Shown here: piece after piece, positions 1-14,259 of the stretch
Position numbering within the stretch: the first letter of the stretch is position 1
Layout of the letters: each line of letters starts with the position of its first letter
NCBI RefSeq assembly: GCF_009914755.1
Contig: NC_060928.1
Length of the DNA stretch: 64,000 nucleotides
Reading direction: 5' to 3' (one strand)
From: the human T2T-CHM13v2.0 reference genome, Homo sapiens
Translations under genes and position numbers: made by a program
Notes under the pieces: model-generated
The model's database searches: none
What the model was told of the DNA's origin: nothing
The model's input: the letters and a program-made list of their open reading frames with translations, nothing else

Positions 1-299
1 GAAAGCATGTTATCTTATAATATGAAGAATTTGAATTCTCTGAAAAGTATCACATATACATGCCTGTATTATTCACGAATGAGAGCTGGCAAGTATCATA
101 TCTGTAGAAAAATATCTGGAAAAATATATCTCAAGCTATTAACAATGATTGGTTTGGTGGATGGAATTTTGTACATGTATGTTTTCCTCCTGGTTTTACT
201 GTAATGCTTCCATTATGAGGAAAAATAATAAAAGATACAACGAAATAAATAAATAGAGCTATTTCTTTGTGGGACCAGGAATGCCAGATCTTCTGAATT

Positions 300-415
300 T
301 TATTTATTATTATTTTTTAAACTTCTATTTTAGGTTCAGGGGTACATGTGCAGGTTTGTTATACAGGTGAACTGCCTGTCATGAGAGTTTGGTGTACAGA
401 TAATTTTGTCACCCA
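300..415 (-). mobile_element. L1 (L1PA/PB-type) extreme 3' end fragment
   Basis: T-rich tail followed by ttaggttcaggggtacatgtgcaggtttgtta, the reverse complement of an L1 3' terminus. Confidence 0.75.
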
Positions 416-426
416 TATTTTCAGCT

Positions 427-1159
<733 letters not shown>

Positions 1160-1841
1160 CAGCTTAAAGATACTTTCTTGCTTAACTAGTTTATATTTTC
1201 TATGAAGAAATGATAGACATTATCAGAAGAAATGATGATAGACATTATCAGACAACTATGACCACACCATTTGTTTTGCAATCATTTCATGAATTTTGAG
1301 CCCATGATTTTATAACCACTTAGGGCCACAGAAAATTTCTAATATGATGAAAGTTCATGTACAATTTTTGTTATTTGAGATGAAGAGTGTGAAATATATG
1401 TGATATATATTATATATGTTATGTTATATAATATGTATGTGTATATATAGTTCTAAAATTAATTATGCAGTTTCCCAAAAAAATTTAAGAAAAATCCCCC
1501 CTCCAATAAAACCTTGCTTAGAGGCAATTTGAAGTTCGTCATGATTTATCTCAATTTTCATGATATCCCTATATCTTCCATATGCAAATGATCAGTCTCT
1601 AGGTGTAATTATTTTTGACAATTTGATTGCTTCAAGGAATTTTTTTCTCAGCCATCTGCATCTACTACACTTTTTAAGAGTATTAAGAAAAAAGTAGAGT
1701 TATGATGGTGCATGAGATTCTTAAGCCCTGTGGACATCCGAACCACATTAGTACCAATCCTCCTGGTCTAATTGGTCTGTGCTGTTATTGTATCATCTGG
1801 CTCTCATGCTCTCTCTATATATCTCTTGCTCTGTCTCTCTG

Positions 1842-1842
<1 letters not shown>

Positions 1843-1877
<35 letters not shown>

Positions 1878-1897
1878 CCTCTGTGTGTGTGTGTGTG
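1843..1897. repeat. Compound (CT)n/(TG)n microsatellite
   Basis: Directly visible. Confidence 0.95.
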
Positions 1898-2439
1898 TTT
1901 TGTTGAATAGCAGACTTTACAGCACCCCAGTCACCTTCCTTCACCCTATTCAGCCTTGTGACCCTCACATGTTTGTGAGATGTCTGGCTGCATATGGACA
2001 AATTCTGAAACTAAAATTATCAGGGGTGAGCAAAGGCCACAGTGGGCAACGACGCAGGCAGGAGCAGGCTAACAGAAGATGCCCAAGCATGACTGTTGAC
2101 CCACAGTGCCCTCAAGGACTGCTGCCCACCTGGCTTTTCTGCTGATCAGACAACTCGGACTTCACTTCTGACTTCTTTATTTTCTTTTTTAGAATTAACC
2201 TCTATCACCTGGCCTGGTTTTTTTTTTTTTTTTTTTTTTTTTGGATTCTATGCTGAGTATTTTTCATTTTATTTAATCCTCTTCAAGCATCTTAGATATC
2301 CAACTCACGTATGTCTCCTGGGATAGAATGAAGTTACTGGACCTGGCAGGCCCAGCATTCAAAATTTGTCTTACAATCTTGCAGAAAAAGCAATAAAGTC
2401 AGTCAAAATTCAATCTTGGAATTTATGTTCATTCTTTCT

Positions 2440-3110
2440 TTTAATTATCCATTTAGTCAAGATTTAGTCTCTATGCTGCTGTGCCCTGTTCTAGATGCTG
2501 TGGATAAAGTAGGAAACAACACAGTCAAGACAAGCTCCCTGTTCTCATGAAGGTTACAGTTGAGTGGAGTACACTGAAAATGAGTAAACAAGTGACCGTA
2601 TGATAGGGTTTCATGTGGTGGTAAGTGTCATGAAGAAAAATAATGCAGGAAAAATGGACAGAGGTTGATAGATGGTCAGGGAAGGGCCCCTGGGGAGGCA
2701 ACAGGAATAAAAAGAGAGAGTAAGCTAAGCAAAGAACTATGGGAATACATTTTCTGGTAGATGGAAATAGCAAGTCCAAAGGCCGTGCAGCAGGACTCAA
2801 CATGCCTAGGAATCTGGAAAGCAAGAAGTTGGCCAGGATGGCTGGGGAGGAGAAAGCAAGGGCTGAACAATACGAAATGAGGGCAGAGATGTCTTCAGAG
2901 GCCAGATTTATGGGGCTTTGGAGGCCAGGTCTATGTGGAGTTTGGATTTTCAAATAGTGTAATAGGAAGGTACTGAAGGAGAGGAGTTGATATGGGCATG
3001 ACCTAATCTGATCTATATATTGAAAATAGAGCCCCGGTTGCTGAAAGGAGACTATATTGTGGGCAGGTAAGCAGGAAAGAAGGGGATCCATACTTGGGAA
3101 CAACAAAGAA
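2440..3110 (-). mobile_element. L2 3' fragment
   Basis: tgttctagatgctgtggata...tccctgttctcatgaaggttaca and downstream purine-rich L2 antisense motifs; explains ORF 2525..3214. Confidence 0.75.
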
Positions 3111-3557
3111 CCTGGCTTACATGATTGCAAATGAAGTGATAAACATAAAAGTGACTTAGGTTCTGTGGGACTATTCAGTTGTAATAAGAGTGTTATATAT
3201 TTAGGATAAGACAACTGAAGTTCAACATTGATCTATTTTTTTAATCCTCCATAAACCCATTATCCATATTCCTGACAAGTGAAAAGCTCTGGCATATGAC
3301 TCATTTATTTGTGAAATAACTTCCTTAGTCCACGCAGATGGTGTTTGCAGAGGCTGTCATGGGGGCGGCCTGTTGGAGAAGCAGGGATTCTTAGAGTCAC
3401 ATGTGGCTATCTCACCTGTGGGGGAGAATGTGAAAATGCTATCCCTGCAAGTCAAAGCCAAATCACAAGCCTTTTACTGTCCTTTTCTCTGGTATAACAT
3501 TTAACATATTTTTGTGGCCGTTTTCTTGTCTTCTCCTCTACATAGCTTTGTGTAACT

Positions 3558-3571
3558 GTTGTCATAGCAAC
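3558..3571. promoter_or_regulatory. RFX X-box-like motif
   Basis: GTTGTCATAGCAAC, 12/14 match to the palindromic X-box GTTGCCATGGCAAC; motif match only. Confidence 0.4.
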
Positions 3572-3730
3572 AAGATAGTCTACTTGGAAGAAATAGTTTG
3601 AAGAAAACTGCATTATAAATCAACACCATCGACAATATGGTTCTTTTTACATTGTTTTTGTCAACTTGGGTAATATTAAGGAGCCATGATTTATTGAGGC
3701 TTACATACATAAGACCCATTTTGTCTAATG

Positions 3731-3952
3731 CAGGAGTCAGCAAAGTTTTCCATAAAGGGCTGGAGAGTAAATATTTTAAGCTTCGAGGGACAAATAGTCT
3801 CTACCACAGTTACTCAATGTGCCCTTGTAAGATGATCCAGCCATAGACAATATATGTAAATGAGTGGAAGTGGCTCTGTTCCAATAAATCTTCATTTGCA
3901 AAACAGGCAGCAGACTGGATTTGGCCAGTGAGTCATAGATTGCTGATCCCTG
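3731..3952. mobile_element. MER58A-like hAT-Charlie element
   Basis: Terminal inverted repeats caggagtcagcaa / ttgctgatccctg; degenerate 8-bp TSD gtctaatg/atctaata. Confidence 0.8.
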
Positions 3953-3984
3953 ATCTAATAATTTTCTCCCTCTCACTTTTGAAG

Positions 3985-4110
3985 ATACTGCTCAAAGTAT
4001 GTTCACTGGGCCAACCACATCAGAATTTCTGGGTCCTACCCCAGAACTCCTGAATTCAAATCTCTGAGATTATAAATTTGTAAGAGGAGACCCAAGTGTG
4101 AGTTCAAATG
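3985..4110. mobile_element. MER5A-like fragment
   Basis: ctgctcaaagt...ccccagaactcctgaattcaaatctctg. Confidence 0.6.
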
Positions 4111-6048
4111 ATGAGGTCTTTCAAGCCTTCATGAAAACAACCCTAAATAGAGTGGAATGCAAATTACCACAAAGCTTCCCACATTCTGAAATCAATACCC
4201 ATCCACTGTTAAGCGAGGTAACATATGAGCAGCCTGAATACTATAAAAAAAGGAAGAAGAAATTTGCCAACATTTTCAAGTCAAGAAGATTTTACTTGAA
4301 AATATGGATTTCCGGCTCCTCTTATAAGTCAGAAAATCTGGCAACAATGAGCCCACATTCTTGCAAAGCAAAAATCTGCTAGAGTTGAGTCATGAGCACC
4401 TGATTCAGAGAAATCACATATGGTCAGATTTCTACCACTCTAACCACTTTAGATAATTCCACTTTTTACCATCTCTTATATTGTCCCATTTTCCCATTCA
4501 GTTACAAGTCTGCCTTCTGTGGTCATTTCATTCTGCAACCACTAATTTAATAAATATGGTCTCAGTTTTTAAGTATGGCTTACTATTAACTAATTTATCC
4601 ACCTCTCTTATAACAGAACTTGACGGCATATGTCATAAGCCGTACATATGCAAAGTTTTAATCTGCCCATTTTAACAGAATGTCTGTAGAATCCAAAAGA
4701 TAAACCTTTCTTATATTTTCTGTTGTAGTGCCTATAAATTTGCTATATCTAGAAAAATGACAGAAGGGACCTGGATAATAAATGCCGAAGTCAAATGCAT
4801 GAATTTTTATCAATAGCTGAAATGTTTCAGTGAAACAGGAAGGATCAAGCTGCAGTCTTGGTTTAAAGACTTAAAGGCTATTCAATCATTCCACTTTTAA
4901 AGCTAGAATGTGTACTCTGGCTGCTCCCCTGTGTTTCCTGGGGGATACTTTCAGATGAAGCCTAGAAGACGGGAGGAAGATGGAGTGTAACTGGAAACAT
5001 GCATTTCCAGCTTGCTAGCAAATGTTGCTTTTCCCCTTTTGTACTTGCTGAAAAAAGTTAAAGTATAACTCTTATCCATTGACATTTCCTTTTATTCTGT
5101 GCCCTCTCACTCTCTCCACTTCCTACTCTGAGCCCCTGGTGGGAGAAGGCTGGAGGATGTGGAAGAAAGGGGAGGGATCACTCAAAGATAGAGGGCAGTT
5201 GTAAGAAAGATGCTTCTACTGGAGACTTAATGTTAAAAAGAAAAAAAAATCACTTGAAAAGGGTTTATTGCTGTCTTTTTTGTAAGAGGAAAAGCATTTG
5301 TATTCACTCACAATAGTTCTAATTTTTAAATGCTCTTCAGGTTATGAGGAGGATTTAATGAGATCATACCCAAGGGACATTTATCAGAGTGCTGTTCACA
5401 TGGTGAGTCCTTGATATGCACCAGCTGTTGTTATTAAAAATTTATTACTGTAACAATTATTGTTCATGATCAAAATAGTCATAATCATTTGGAAAAAATA
5501 AATTCACTGTGGAAGGGATTGCTAATGGTTATCTATTTTTTAAACTACAATCTGAATTGTTATATGCTATGTAGGTATATAATATCTATTTATAATATCT
5601 ATATTAGGTTCACATATTTATAATAATGTATTATGGTATCTGGTCACCTCACAGTTTGTGTTATTTGTCAGAACACCCCAAAGTCATTTGAGTTTATTTA
5701 TAAGCCCTGATCTCTATGATAAAAACAATTTATTTAAATGAATGTAATTTGCTGAATTTGATGAAACATTATACATAGGTGGATTAGGTAGCTGACAATA
5801 TAATGTAATATGAAAGCTTTATTTACCTCTCTTGCATGCAAGATTTATCTTCCTTTTGATTCACCAGTGACAAAATATCAATGTTAAAAAGTATTACATT
5901 TTAGATAAAGCCACAGACGTTTCATAAAATGAATGTAGTAGCCCATGATATCTTACCAGCACCAACTATATGTTCCTAAACAGAGTTTATCACTTCTTTC
6001 TCTAAAGCACCTTCTGATGGTCCTGAGAAAATAGGAACAGTAAAACAG

Positions 6049-6414
6049 TGTATTAGTCCATTTTCACATTGCTATAAAGATACTACCTGAGACTGGGTAA
6101 TTTATAAACAAAAGGGGTTTATTTGACTCATAGGTCTATGTGGCTGGGGAGGCCTCAGGAAACTTAAAATCATGGAGGAAGGTGAAGGGGAAGCAAGGTA
6201 CGTCTTAACAAGGTGGCAGGAGAGAGAGACCATGCAGGGAAAACTGCCACTTTTACACAATTAGATCTCATGAGAACTCTCTCGCTATCATGAGAACAGC
6301 ATGCGGGAAACTGCCCCCATGATCCAATCACCTCCCAGCAGGTCCCTCTTCTGACATGTGGGCATTACAATTCAAGATGAGTTTTGGGTGGGGACACAGA
6401 GGAAAACCATTTCA
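6049..6414 (-). mobile_element. MaLR solo LTR (THE1D/MSTA-like)
   Basis: tgtattagtccattttcacattgctataaag...aaaaccatttca, about 365 bp. Confidence 0.9.
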
Positions 6415-6435
6415 AATTAAATTGAACACTATTTA

Positions 6436-6742
<307 letters not shown>

Positions 6743-8602
6743 GAAATTGAACCCTATTTAAACTTCACTATTAAATTGAACACCCAACAAGGAAAAGTTG
6801 AAAAATACCACCGATCAGGGAGGTTCAAAAAATGAAGAGAAAATGAAGGAGAAGTTAAGAATATCAGAAATAAATGTTGGCTTTGGTTTTTCTTAAAGAG
6901 AAAACTGCCTATTCCTTACTTACTCAATACCCTATTTTGTTCACATCCTCTTTTAATTTTATCTACACGTATCCATCCCACATTGTTTGGGTGTTGAAAC
7001 TTATCTTCACAAAAATATGAACTCCTCTAAGATTAAGTAGGGAAGGGTTTGTTACTGGGGTCATTTTTGCTGTTGATGTCTCATGGTCCTTCTCAAGCCA
7101 AAGACCAAATAATTCCTGTTTGTTTGAACTTCTGGTCATCCGCAAAACACACAAAACACAAATGCAGTTTGTTCCTAAAATACTTGCAATATCCTGGCTC
7201 TTACTTCCTTGTCGGAAATTAACACTGCATATCACCATGAGTTCTCTTTATTTGGGTTTATTTTACCCATTTTTAATTTATATGATTTTCCCTTGGCCCA
7301 TGGTAGACTTTTCTCATGTCCTTGATTGACCTTCTGACAAAAATACTCATATCTTGATGTCCGTATGGTGTTTCATCCTAGACAGACACAATTTTACCCT
7401 TATTTGGTATATTATTTAAGCTTATTGTAACCCATGACTATTTTAAAGTGATAAATACTATGTGTGGTTTTCAAGAAACACAGATGATTATTGACAAAAA
7501 ATTGTACCTAAATCACTTGTTAACATATTTTTGTGTGAATTTAAAGGATAATTTTTTGATGTATTTTCTCTACCTAAAAAGAAAAATCTCAGAGAGAACA
7601 GGCATAAGAAAAGCACAATCCTTAGTTATGGCCTGGATTTATACTATAATAAAGTATATGTACCCATGACTTTCTATTATTTTGTGCTGTAAAGAGGCAT
7701 CGATCTTGCTTTAGATACAATTGTCAAGTTGAAACATACTAATAGGCATAAACTAGAAATAATGCTTTTTTAGCTACCTAACTATACCCTTTAAAAATAT
7801 TCTGTTTATGAATACTCATTAGGTTTTTTTCAGCAACAATGTATCAGGCTAGGAAGATGACCAGATTCCTATAATCAGCCATACAAATGCCTCTAATAGA
7901 AGCCTTTTAATTGCTTTGAAGCACAATCCTTCATAAGCACATTTTCTGAGAACAAACTTATCATACCTTAAATTATAAATTTCCCATATATTGAAGAGTA
8001 ATATTTTATTTTATTTTTATTTTTATGTCTCCCTAACCCTCTATTGATATTTCTGGCAGGAAGAATATACATACAAGAGCTATCCTCTTTTAAATGACTA
8101 AAACCAATTTGAAAAATGCCCTATGTTAAGAAGCCGTATGGAATGCTATTGAAAACACACATCTGCTGGGTAATTTTTCATGTAATTATGTAAAGTCAAA
8201 TCTTCATAAACAAAGTAAAAGACAATTATAATCCCCAGTACTAGGTTTTGCAAAAATAGCGCAATGAAGATTTTTTTATCCTAATGAGTCAATCAGAATT
8301 AAATTGAAGAAATACCACCACAAAAATTCATTTTTTTCCTCCTCTTTTATAAAGGATTCTAAGGAACTGCTCTTTGGCTGACATCTATCACTGTCTGTAG
8401 TGCTACATTTGACCCAGCAGTAAGTACTATCTTAATTTTCAAAGCCTGATTTGCTAAAATGCCCTTGGTGATTTGCCTGTCAACACTCCTTCCCCTTTTA
8501 CTCCCAACAGACCATTATTGTTTCATCCCTGCTACACTTCCTCACTTAGCCCATTCTGTTTTCATAGCTGCTCTTCTAAGGTCAGTGATATGGGCTGAGA
8601 TG

Positions 8603-9123
8603 TGTAATGGTTAGCTTTTGCTGCATAACAAACCATCTCAAAATTTAGCAGCTTCAAACACTTATTATTTATTTGGCTCATGATTCAGTGGGTGGGCAAT
8701 TTGGGCTGGTTTTAGCTGATGGTGTTTTGGTTTCAGCTGGGCTCAAGAGTGTGTTTGAGGAGAGCTACCTGTTTGGCTGGGCATTGATTGGGCTAGAATG
8801 GTTTCAGCTGGAAGAATTCCAGTTTCTTGTGCCTCCCATCTTCCAGCAGACTAGCCCAGGTTATTTACATTGCAGCTGGGCAGGTTTCCAAGAAAGAGAG
8901 CAAGAGAGCTGAGGCATTAATGGCCTCTTGAGGCCGAAGCTCAGACGTGTACACTGTCACCTGCACTACATTCTGTTGGCCAAAGTAAGACACAAGGCAA
9001 GCCTGGATTTAGAATGGGGAAGTAGAATCCATCTCTTGATGGGAGCAGCTGCAAAGTCACATTGCAAGGGGCGTGGACACAGAGAACAGAGAAATTATAG
9101 CTATTTTTCCAAACACTCTACAA
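8603..9123 (-). mobile_element. MLT1-family MaLR LTR
   Basis: ttgctgcataacaaaccatctcaaaatttagcagcttc...ggccaaagtaagacacaaggc. Confidence 0.8.
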
Positions 9124-10069
9124 CAAAAATATGTGATGTCTGTGGGAATAAGTTCCTTTTGTTACTTAAGAGGAAATCATTCTTTTCCTCCAAATATATT
9201 TTTGTGAGGATGTCAGATCTTTATCTGGAACAGCTAATTCAATATCAGCACAGTGGAAAGCCAGCACAGAGAAAGAATGTGTCCAAAAACATGAAGGAGA
9301 CACAATGCATAAAGTTAACTTTAAAGACTATTCTTCCTCCCACTTCTCCCTGGCCCCCATTGTCCCTAGGCAACCAGTGACCTGCTTTCTGCCACTATAG
9401 ATTAGCCTAAAATTTCTATGAATGGAATTATACAGCATGCATGCTCTGTCTGGCTTGTTTCACCCAACAAAATTATTTTGAGATTCTTCTGTGTTTTGCA
9501 TGTATCAATAGTTCATTTATTTTATTTCTGAGTAGTGTACCATTGTATACTACATTTTGTTAACCCATTTACATGTTGCAAGATATTCGGGTTGTTTTCA
9601 GTTTAGGGCTAGGACAATAGAGATGCTATGATCATTTGCATATAGGTCTTTGTGTGGTCATCTGCATTAACTTTTCTTGAAACTATCTAGAAGTAGAATG
9701 GTTTGGTCATATGGCAGCTGTATCTTTAACTTTTTAAGAAAGTGTTAAACTGTTGTTTGGAGTAGCTGTACCATTTTACAAACCTACCAGCAATGTGTGA
9801 GTGTTCCATTTTCTCCACATCTTCAGAATCATGTATTATGGTCAGATTAGTTACTTTTTGAGATTCTAATAGGTGTTTAGTGGTATCCCATTGTGCTTTT
9901 AATTTGTATTTCCCTAATGTCTAATGGTGTTTTCATGTGCTTATGTGCCATGTACGTACCTTTTTTTGGTAAAGTGTCTGTTCAAATATTTTGCCAATGT
10001 TTAAGTTGGGATGTTTGTTTTCTTGTTGTTGACTGTTGAGAGTTCTTTACCTACTCTGGACAGAATTTC

Positions 10070-10481
10070 ATATGGAGAAACAATGATCTATGGGTAACTC
10101 ATATTTTTGCACATCATCTGTGTAAAGGCATTTATTTGTTTATGTAACAAACATCCTTGGAAAATGGAAGCAGTGTCTCTTTTCAGAGTGGAAGACATAT
10201 TCGCTTGCTCTCCAGGATAATATAAGTAATTTTTCCTTTGGGAAATTGTTTGGCAGATTATGTAGCAGCCTCTCTAGAAGATTGGGGTTTTCTAAGGTCA
10301 GCGATCCTCAGCTGTCATGCAAGCCCTCTACCTGTGTGGCATCACTGGGCTTCTCTGTATCATCTGCGGGAATTGGGGAAGGAAGGAGAAACCAATGAGA
10401 ATGTGAAGCTCATGTTGCCTTTTGAGGCAGGTCAATTTTTTAGCTAGGTTAACAAGTAGGTTAAAATTTCAGACCTTTCAC
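10070..10481. mobile_element. ERV-type solo LTR inside L1, family not determined
   Basis: About 410-bp block of different composition ending aaaatttcagacctttcaca; L1 sequence resumes afterwards. Confidence 0.5.
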
Positions 10482-10796
10482 AGTTCTCAGTGCATTATCA
10501 GGTACGTGATCTTCTCATATTTTCATAGCCCATGACTTTTCTTTTCACTCAGCAATGTCTTTCAAAATGCAGATATTCATAATTTTGTGTGCTCTAATTT
10601 ATTAACTTTTATTGATAATGCTTTTTGTGTTTATCTTATTGAGTGACTTGAAACCTTTATCATTATAAAAGATTATAAACCTTTATCATTATAAAAACAA
10701 AGTTTTTTCTGGTAATATTCTTTGCTCTGAAATCTACTTTTATAATATAGTAATTCTAGATGTCTTTTGAATAGCATTAACAGGGTACACTTTTCG

Positions 10797-11115
10797 CTTA
10801 TTATTATTATTATTATTATTTAAAAAAAATGGAGTCTCCCTCCATTGCCCAGACTAGAGTACCGCGGCATGATCATGGCTCACTGCACCCTGGAACTTCT
10901 GGGCTGAGGCAATCCTTTCACCTCAGCTTCCTCCTGAGTAGCTGGAACTACAGGCCTACACTACCAGGCCCAGCTAATTTTTTATTTTTTACTTTTTGTA
11001 GAGACAGGGGTCTCACTATGTTGCTCAGGGTGGTCTCTAATTCCCGAACTCAAGCAGTCCTCCTATCTTGGCTCCTAAAGTGCTAAGAGTACAGGTATGA
11101 GTCACACAACCAGGC
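10797..11115 (-). mobile_element. AluJ
   Basis: (TTA)n tail and diverged Alu dimer. Confidence 0.9.
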
Positions 11116-13260
11116 TCTATTTCTTTAATTTTAACTTATTTGTGTTTTTATATTTAAAGTAGACTTCTTGTAAGCAGGGCAGAGTTGTGTCTTAACTCTG
11201 TATTCAATGCGACAATCTCTGCCTCTTAATTGAAGTGTTTAGACTATATGCATTCAACATAATAATGATATGATTGAGTTTAAATCTACCATTTTGCTCT
11301 TTTTTATTTGCTTTTTTGGTTTTTTTTTTTTACCTCCTTATCTGCTTTTTAAAAATTATTTGCATATTTCATAGCTAAGGAGTATTTTATGTTTTTGTAG
11401 TTTATAATTTCATCTCTTTTTCAGCTTATTAGCTATAACTCTTTGTTAAGCTATTTTAGTGATTGCTTTGGGGTTATAGTATACACATTTAATTTATCAC
11501 AATATATTCTTAATTGACATACTTTTTTTCAGAAATAATATAAGAAACTTAAGTAGTATATTTCCATTTTTTCCCTTTTAGTTTTTATAATATTGTTATC
11601 ATAGTCCTATATATGTTAAAAATTCCAAAACACATTTTAAATATTCCTACTTTATACTGTGTATTATCCTTCAAAGAAGTTTAAATAATAAATAAATTAT
11701 TCATGTTTCCCAATGTAGTTAGCATCCCTGGTACTCTTTATTAATTTATATATATTTATGTTTCCATCTGGTGTTATTTTACTTCTGGCTAAAGAACTTT
11801 CTGTAACATTTCTTGTTGTGCACATTTCAGTGATGAATTCTTTTAGCCTTTGTATATCTGAACTACTCCTTAATTTGCCTTTATTGTATTTAACTAGGTG
11901 AATAATTGTATTACTTTTTTTGTTCTTTTAGTACTTAAAAACTGTCATTCCACTATCTTCTAGCTTGTATTGTGTTCTATGAGAAATCTGCCATCACCCT
12001 AACGCTTGTCCCTCTCTATGTAATGTATCTTTCTTTTGGGCTGCTTCTGTAAGGTTTTCTCTTTGTTTCCTCACTGGTTTTAAGGAATTTGATTATTATA
12101 TGCCTTCATGCAGTTTTCTCCTTGTTTTGTTTGCTTAATGTTTGTTGAGCATCTCAAATCTGTTGGTTTATACCTTTACCAACTTTGGAAAAAGTTCAGC
12201 CATTATCTATTCAAATATAGTTTTAGTTTCCCAACTTTTCTCTTTTTTTCAATGACTCCACTTATACATGGATTTGACTGCTTGAAGTACTTTCACATAA
12301 CATTCATACACTGTTATTCTTGTTGGTTTTTTTTAAATTTGTTTCCTTTTTGATAGTTTCTAACCTCTTTCTTTCTGCAGTGTCTATTTGTCTTTAGTCA
12401 TACACAGTGTATTTTTTATCTAAAACATTTTCTTTCTACCTCCAGAAGTTTGATGTTTGATTTGTTTCTAATATTTTTCATTTTTCTACTTAACATGATC
12501 AATCTCCCCTAATTTCTTGAACATATCCATTATAGTCAAAATAACTATTCTGATGTTCTTGTCTACTAATCATAGTGTCAGCATCATTACTGGTTCAGTT
12601 TCAATGGGTTGATGTTATGCCTCAATATGGGTTGTATTTTCTGACATCTTTACATGGCTGGTGATTTTTGACTAGGTGCCAGGCATCAAAGTTTTTATCC
12701 TGTTTGTTGCCAAATAGTTCATATTCCCTTAAGTATTGAACTTTGGAACAGGCTTACGTTACCTTAAATTTGACCCTTTTAGAGCTTACTTTTTAAGCTT
12801 TGTTAGACTGAACAAGAGCTACATTTAGTCTGGGGCTAATTTTCCCCCCTACCAAGGCCAGATCTTTATTATTTTCACTGATGTCTCCTGAATTATGAGA
12901 TTTTTCTATTTACTTATGGTGTTGGAAAGAGGCCATATTCCCAGCTTTGTGTGAACTTCACAAACAATTACCTCTAGTCCTTTTGGTTGCCTCTTTTTTG
13001 GGCCCTCAGTTTACTAACACATGTGCACTGATCAGTGCTTAAATGAATGCTCGAAGGGGACCCACTCCAGGTATTCAGAATTCTATTTCTACAGAGTTGT
13101 CACCTCTGCAGTGTTTTTCCCTTACTCTAGCTGCTTTGGCTCCCTAGATCACAGGGTTATTTCCTCAATTTAGGGAAGAGGGTTGCCACTCTGTAACTCC
13201 GCCTGGGTTCTTAGTGCTTGGAAACATTTTCCATGAGGTAAGTCAGGGAAATTTTAGGGC

Positions 13261-13565
13261 TTTTTGTTTTTTAAATTTTTTCTTTAGAGTTAGAGTCTCA
13301 CTCTGTCACCCAGGCTGGAGTGCAGTGGCACAAACATTGTTCACTGTAATCTTGAGCTCCTGGGCTCAAGCAATCCTCCCACCTCAGCATCCCAGGACCA
13401 CAGACGTGCAGCACCACACCTGGCTGTCTTTTGTTTTATTTTCTATAGAGATGAGGTCTCACGATGCTGCCCAGGCTTGCCTTGAACTCTTTGACTCAAA
13501 TGGTCCTCTCCCACCTTGGCCTCTCAAAGTACCAAAATTATAGGCATGAGCTGCCATATTCACCT
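13261..13565 (-). mobile_element. AluJ
   Basis: gagtctcactctgtcacccaggctggagtgcagtgg...ataggcatgagc. Confidence 0.9.
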
Positions 13566-14259
13566 TAATTTTAGAGCTTTCTTCATTTCTTTCTTATATC
13601 TCAGGGATCACTGTCCATTTCCTAATGCCCAATGATTGAGTGCCTATTTTCATCTATTTTGTCTATTTTTCAGTTGTTTCAGGAAATAGTATAAATCTGA
13701 TCCTAAGTATTTCATGTTGACTGGGAAGCATCCTAGTAATACTGACATATTTAATGCAATATAAGGAGCTTACATTCAAATAGTCATTTCAATGAGTGCA
13801 TGAATAATTGCTTTATTGATCATCCAGGAAAAAAAAAGATGATTATTGCTTTATCAATGAAACCTATAAAAATTTTTCCACCATAACGGGAACTGGGAAA
13901 AAGATTTATCTGGTTTTCAATTTGGGGGCTGAATTTTTTTTAAAAAACAGTTTAGGAAGGATATGATGATTACATTTCCTAGCATTGCTGTGAAAGTTCA
14001 AGAAGTGAAATTGATAGGAAAGATGCACAGAACATCTAGATGAAGAATGATAAAGAAAATATCTTATATGTTTCTTTATTTTGATTAATCCAAACTATTA
14101 TCATTAGACAGATGACCATCCTTCTATTGCATACAGAATTATAGATTCATAAATAGAGATACAAGAAAGAAATTCATAAAATAACACCTTCAAACAAAAA
14201 TAACATATGATTGATTATTTAAGAACCTTAAAAAGCTTTCCGCTAATTACGTTTTATTT

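Larger units (their letters stand above)
9330..13730 (-). mobile_element. Old L1M fragments (3' UTR, ORF2 pieces and a 5' end), interrupted by an LTR and two Alus
   Basis: ccctaggcaaccagtgacctgctttctg (L1M 3' UTR antisense), gagaaatctgccatc (ORF2 5' region) and an L1M-type 5' terminus near 13600-13730. Confidence 0.75.

Noticed and set aside
2525-3214. Longest ORF in the track (229 aa)
   Set aside because: Lies in an L2 remnant; L/S/P-biased with no recognisable domain
4272-4303. 10-bp inverted repeat ATTTTCAAGT/ACTTGAAAAT
   Set aside because: Short, AT-rich and probably within an old DNA-transposon fragment; expected by chance
6963-7385. Minus-strand acceptor-like site and 91-aa ORF
   Set aside because: No frame stays open from the acceptor; fragments such as KVYH and AVLISDK resemble a decayed L1 endonuclease region
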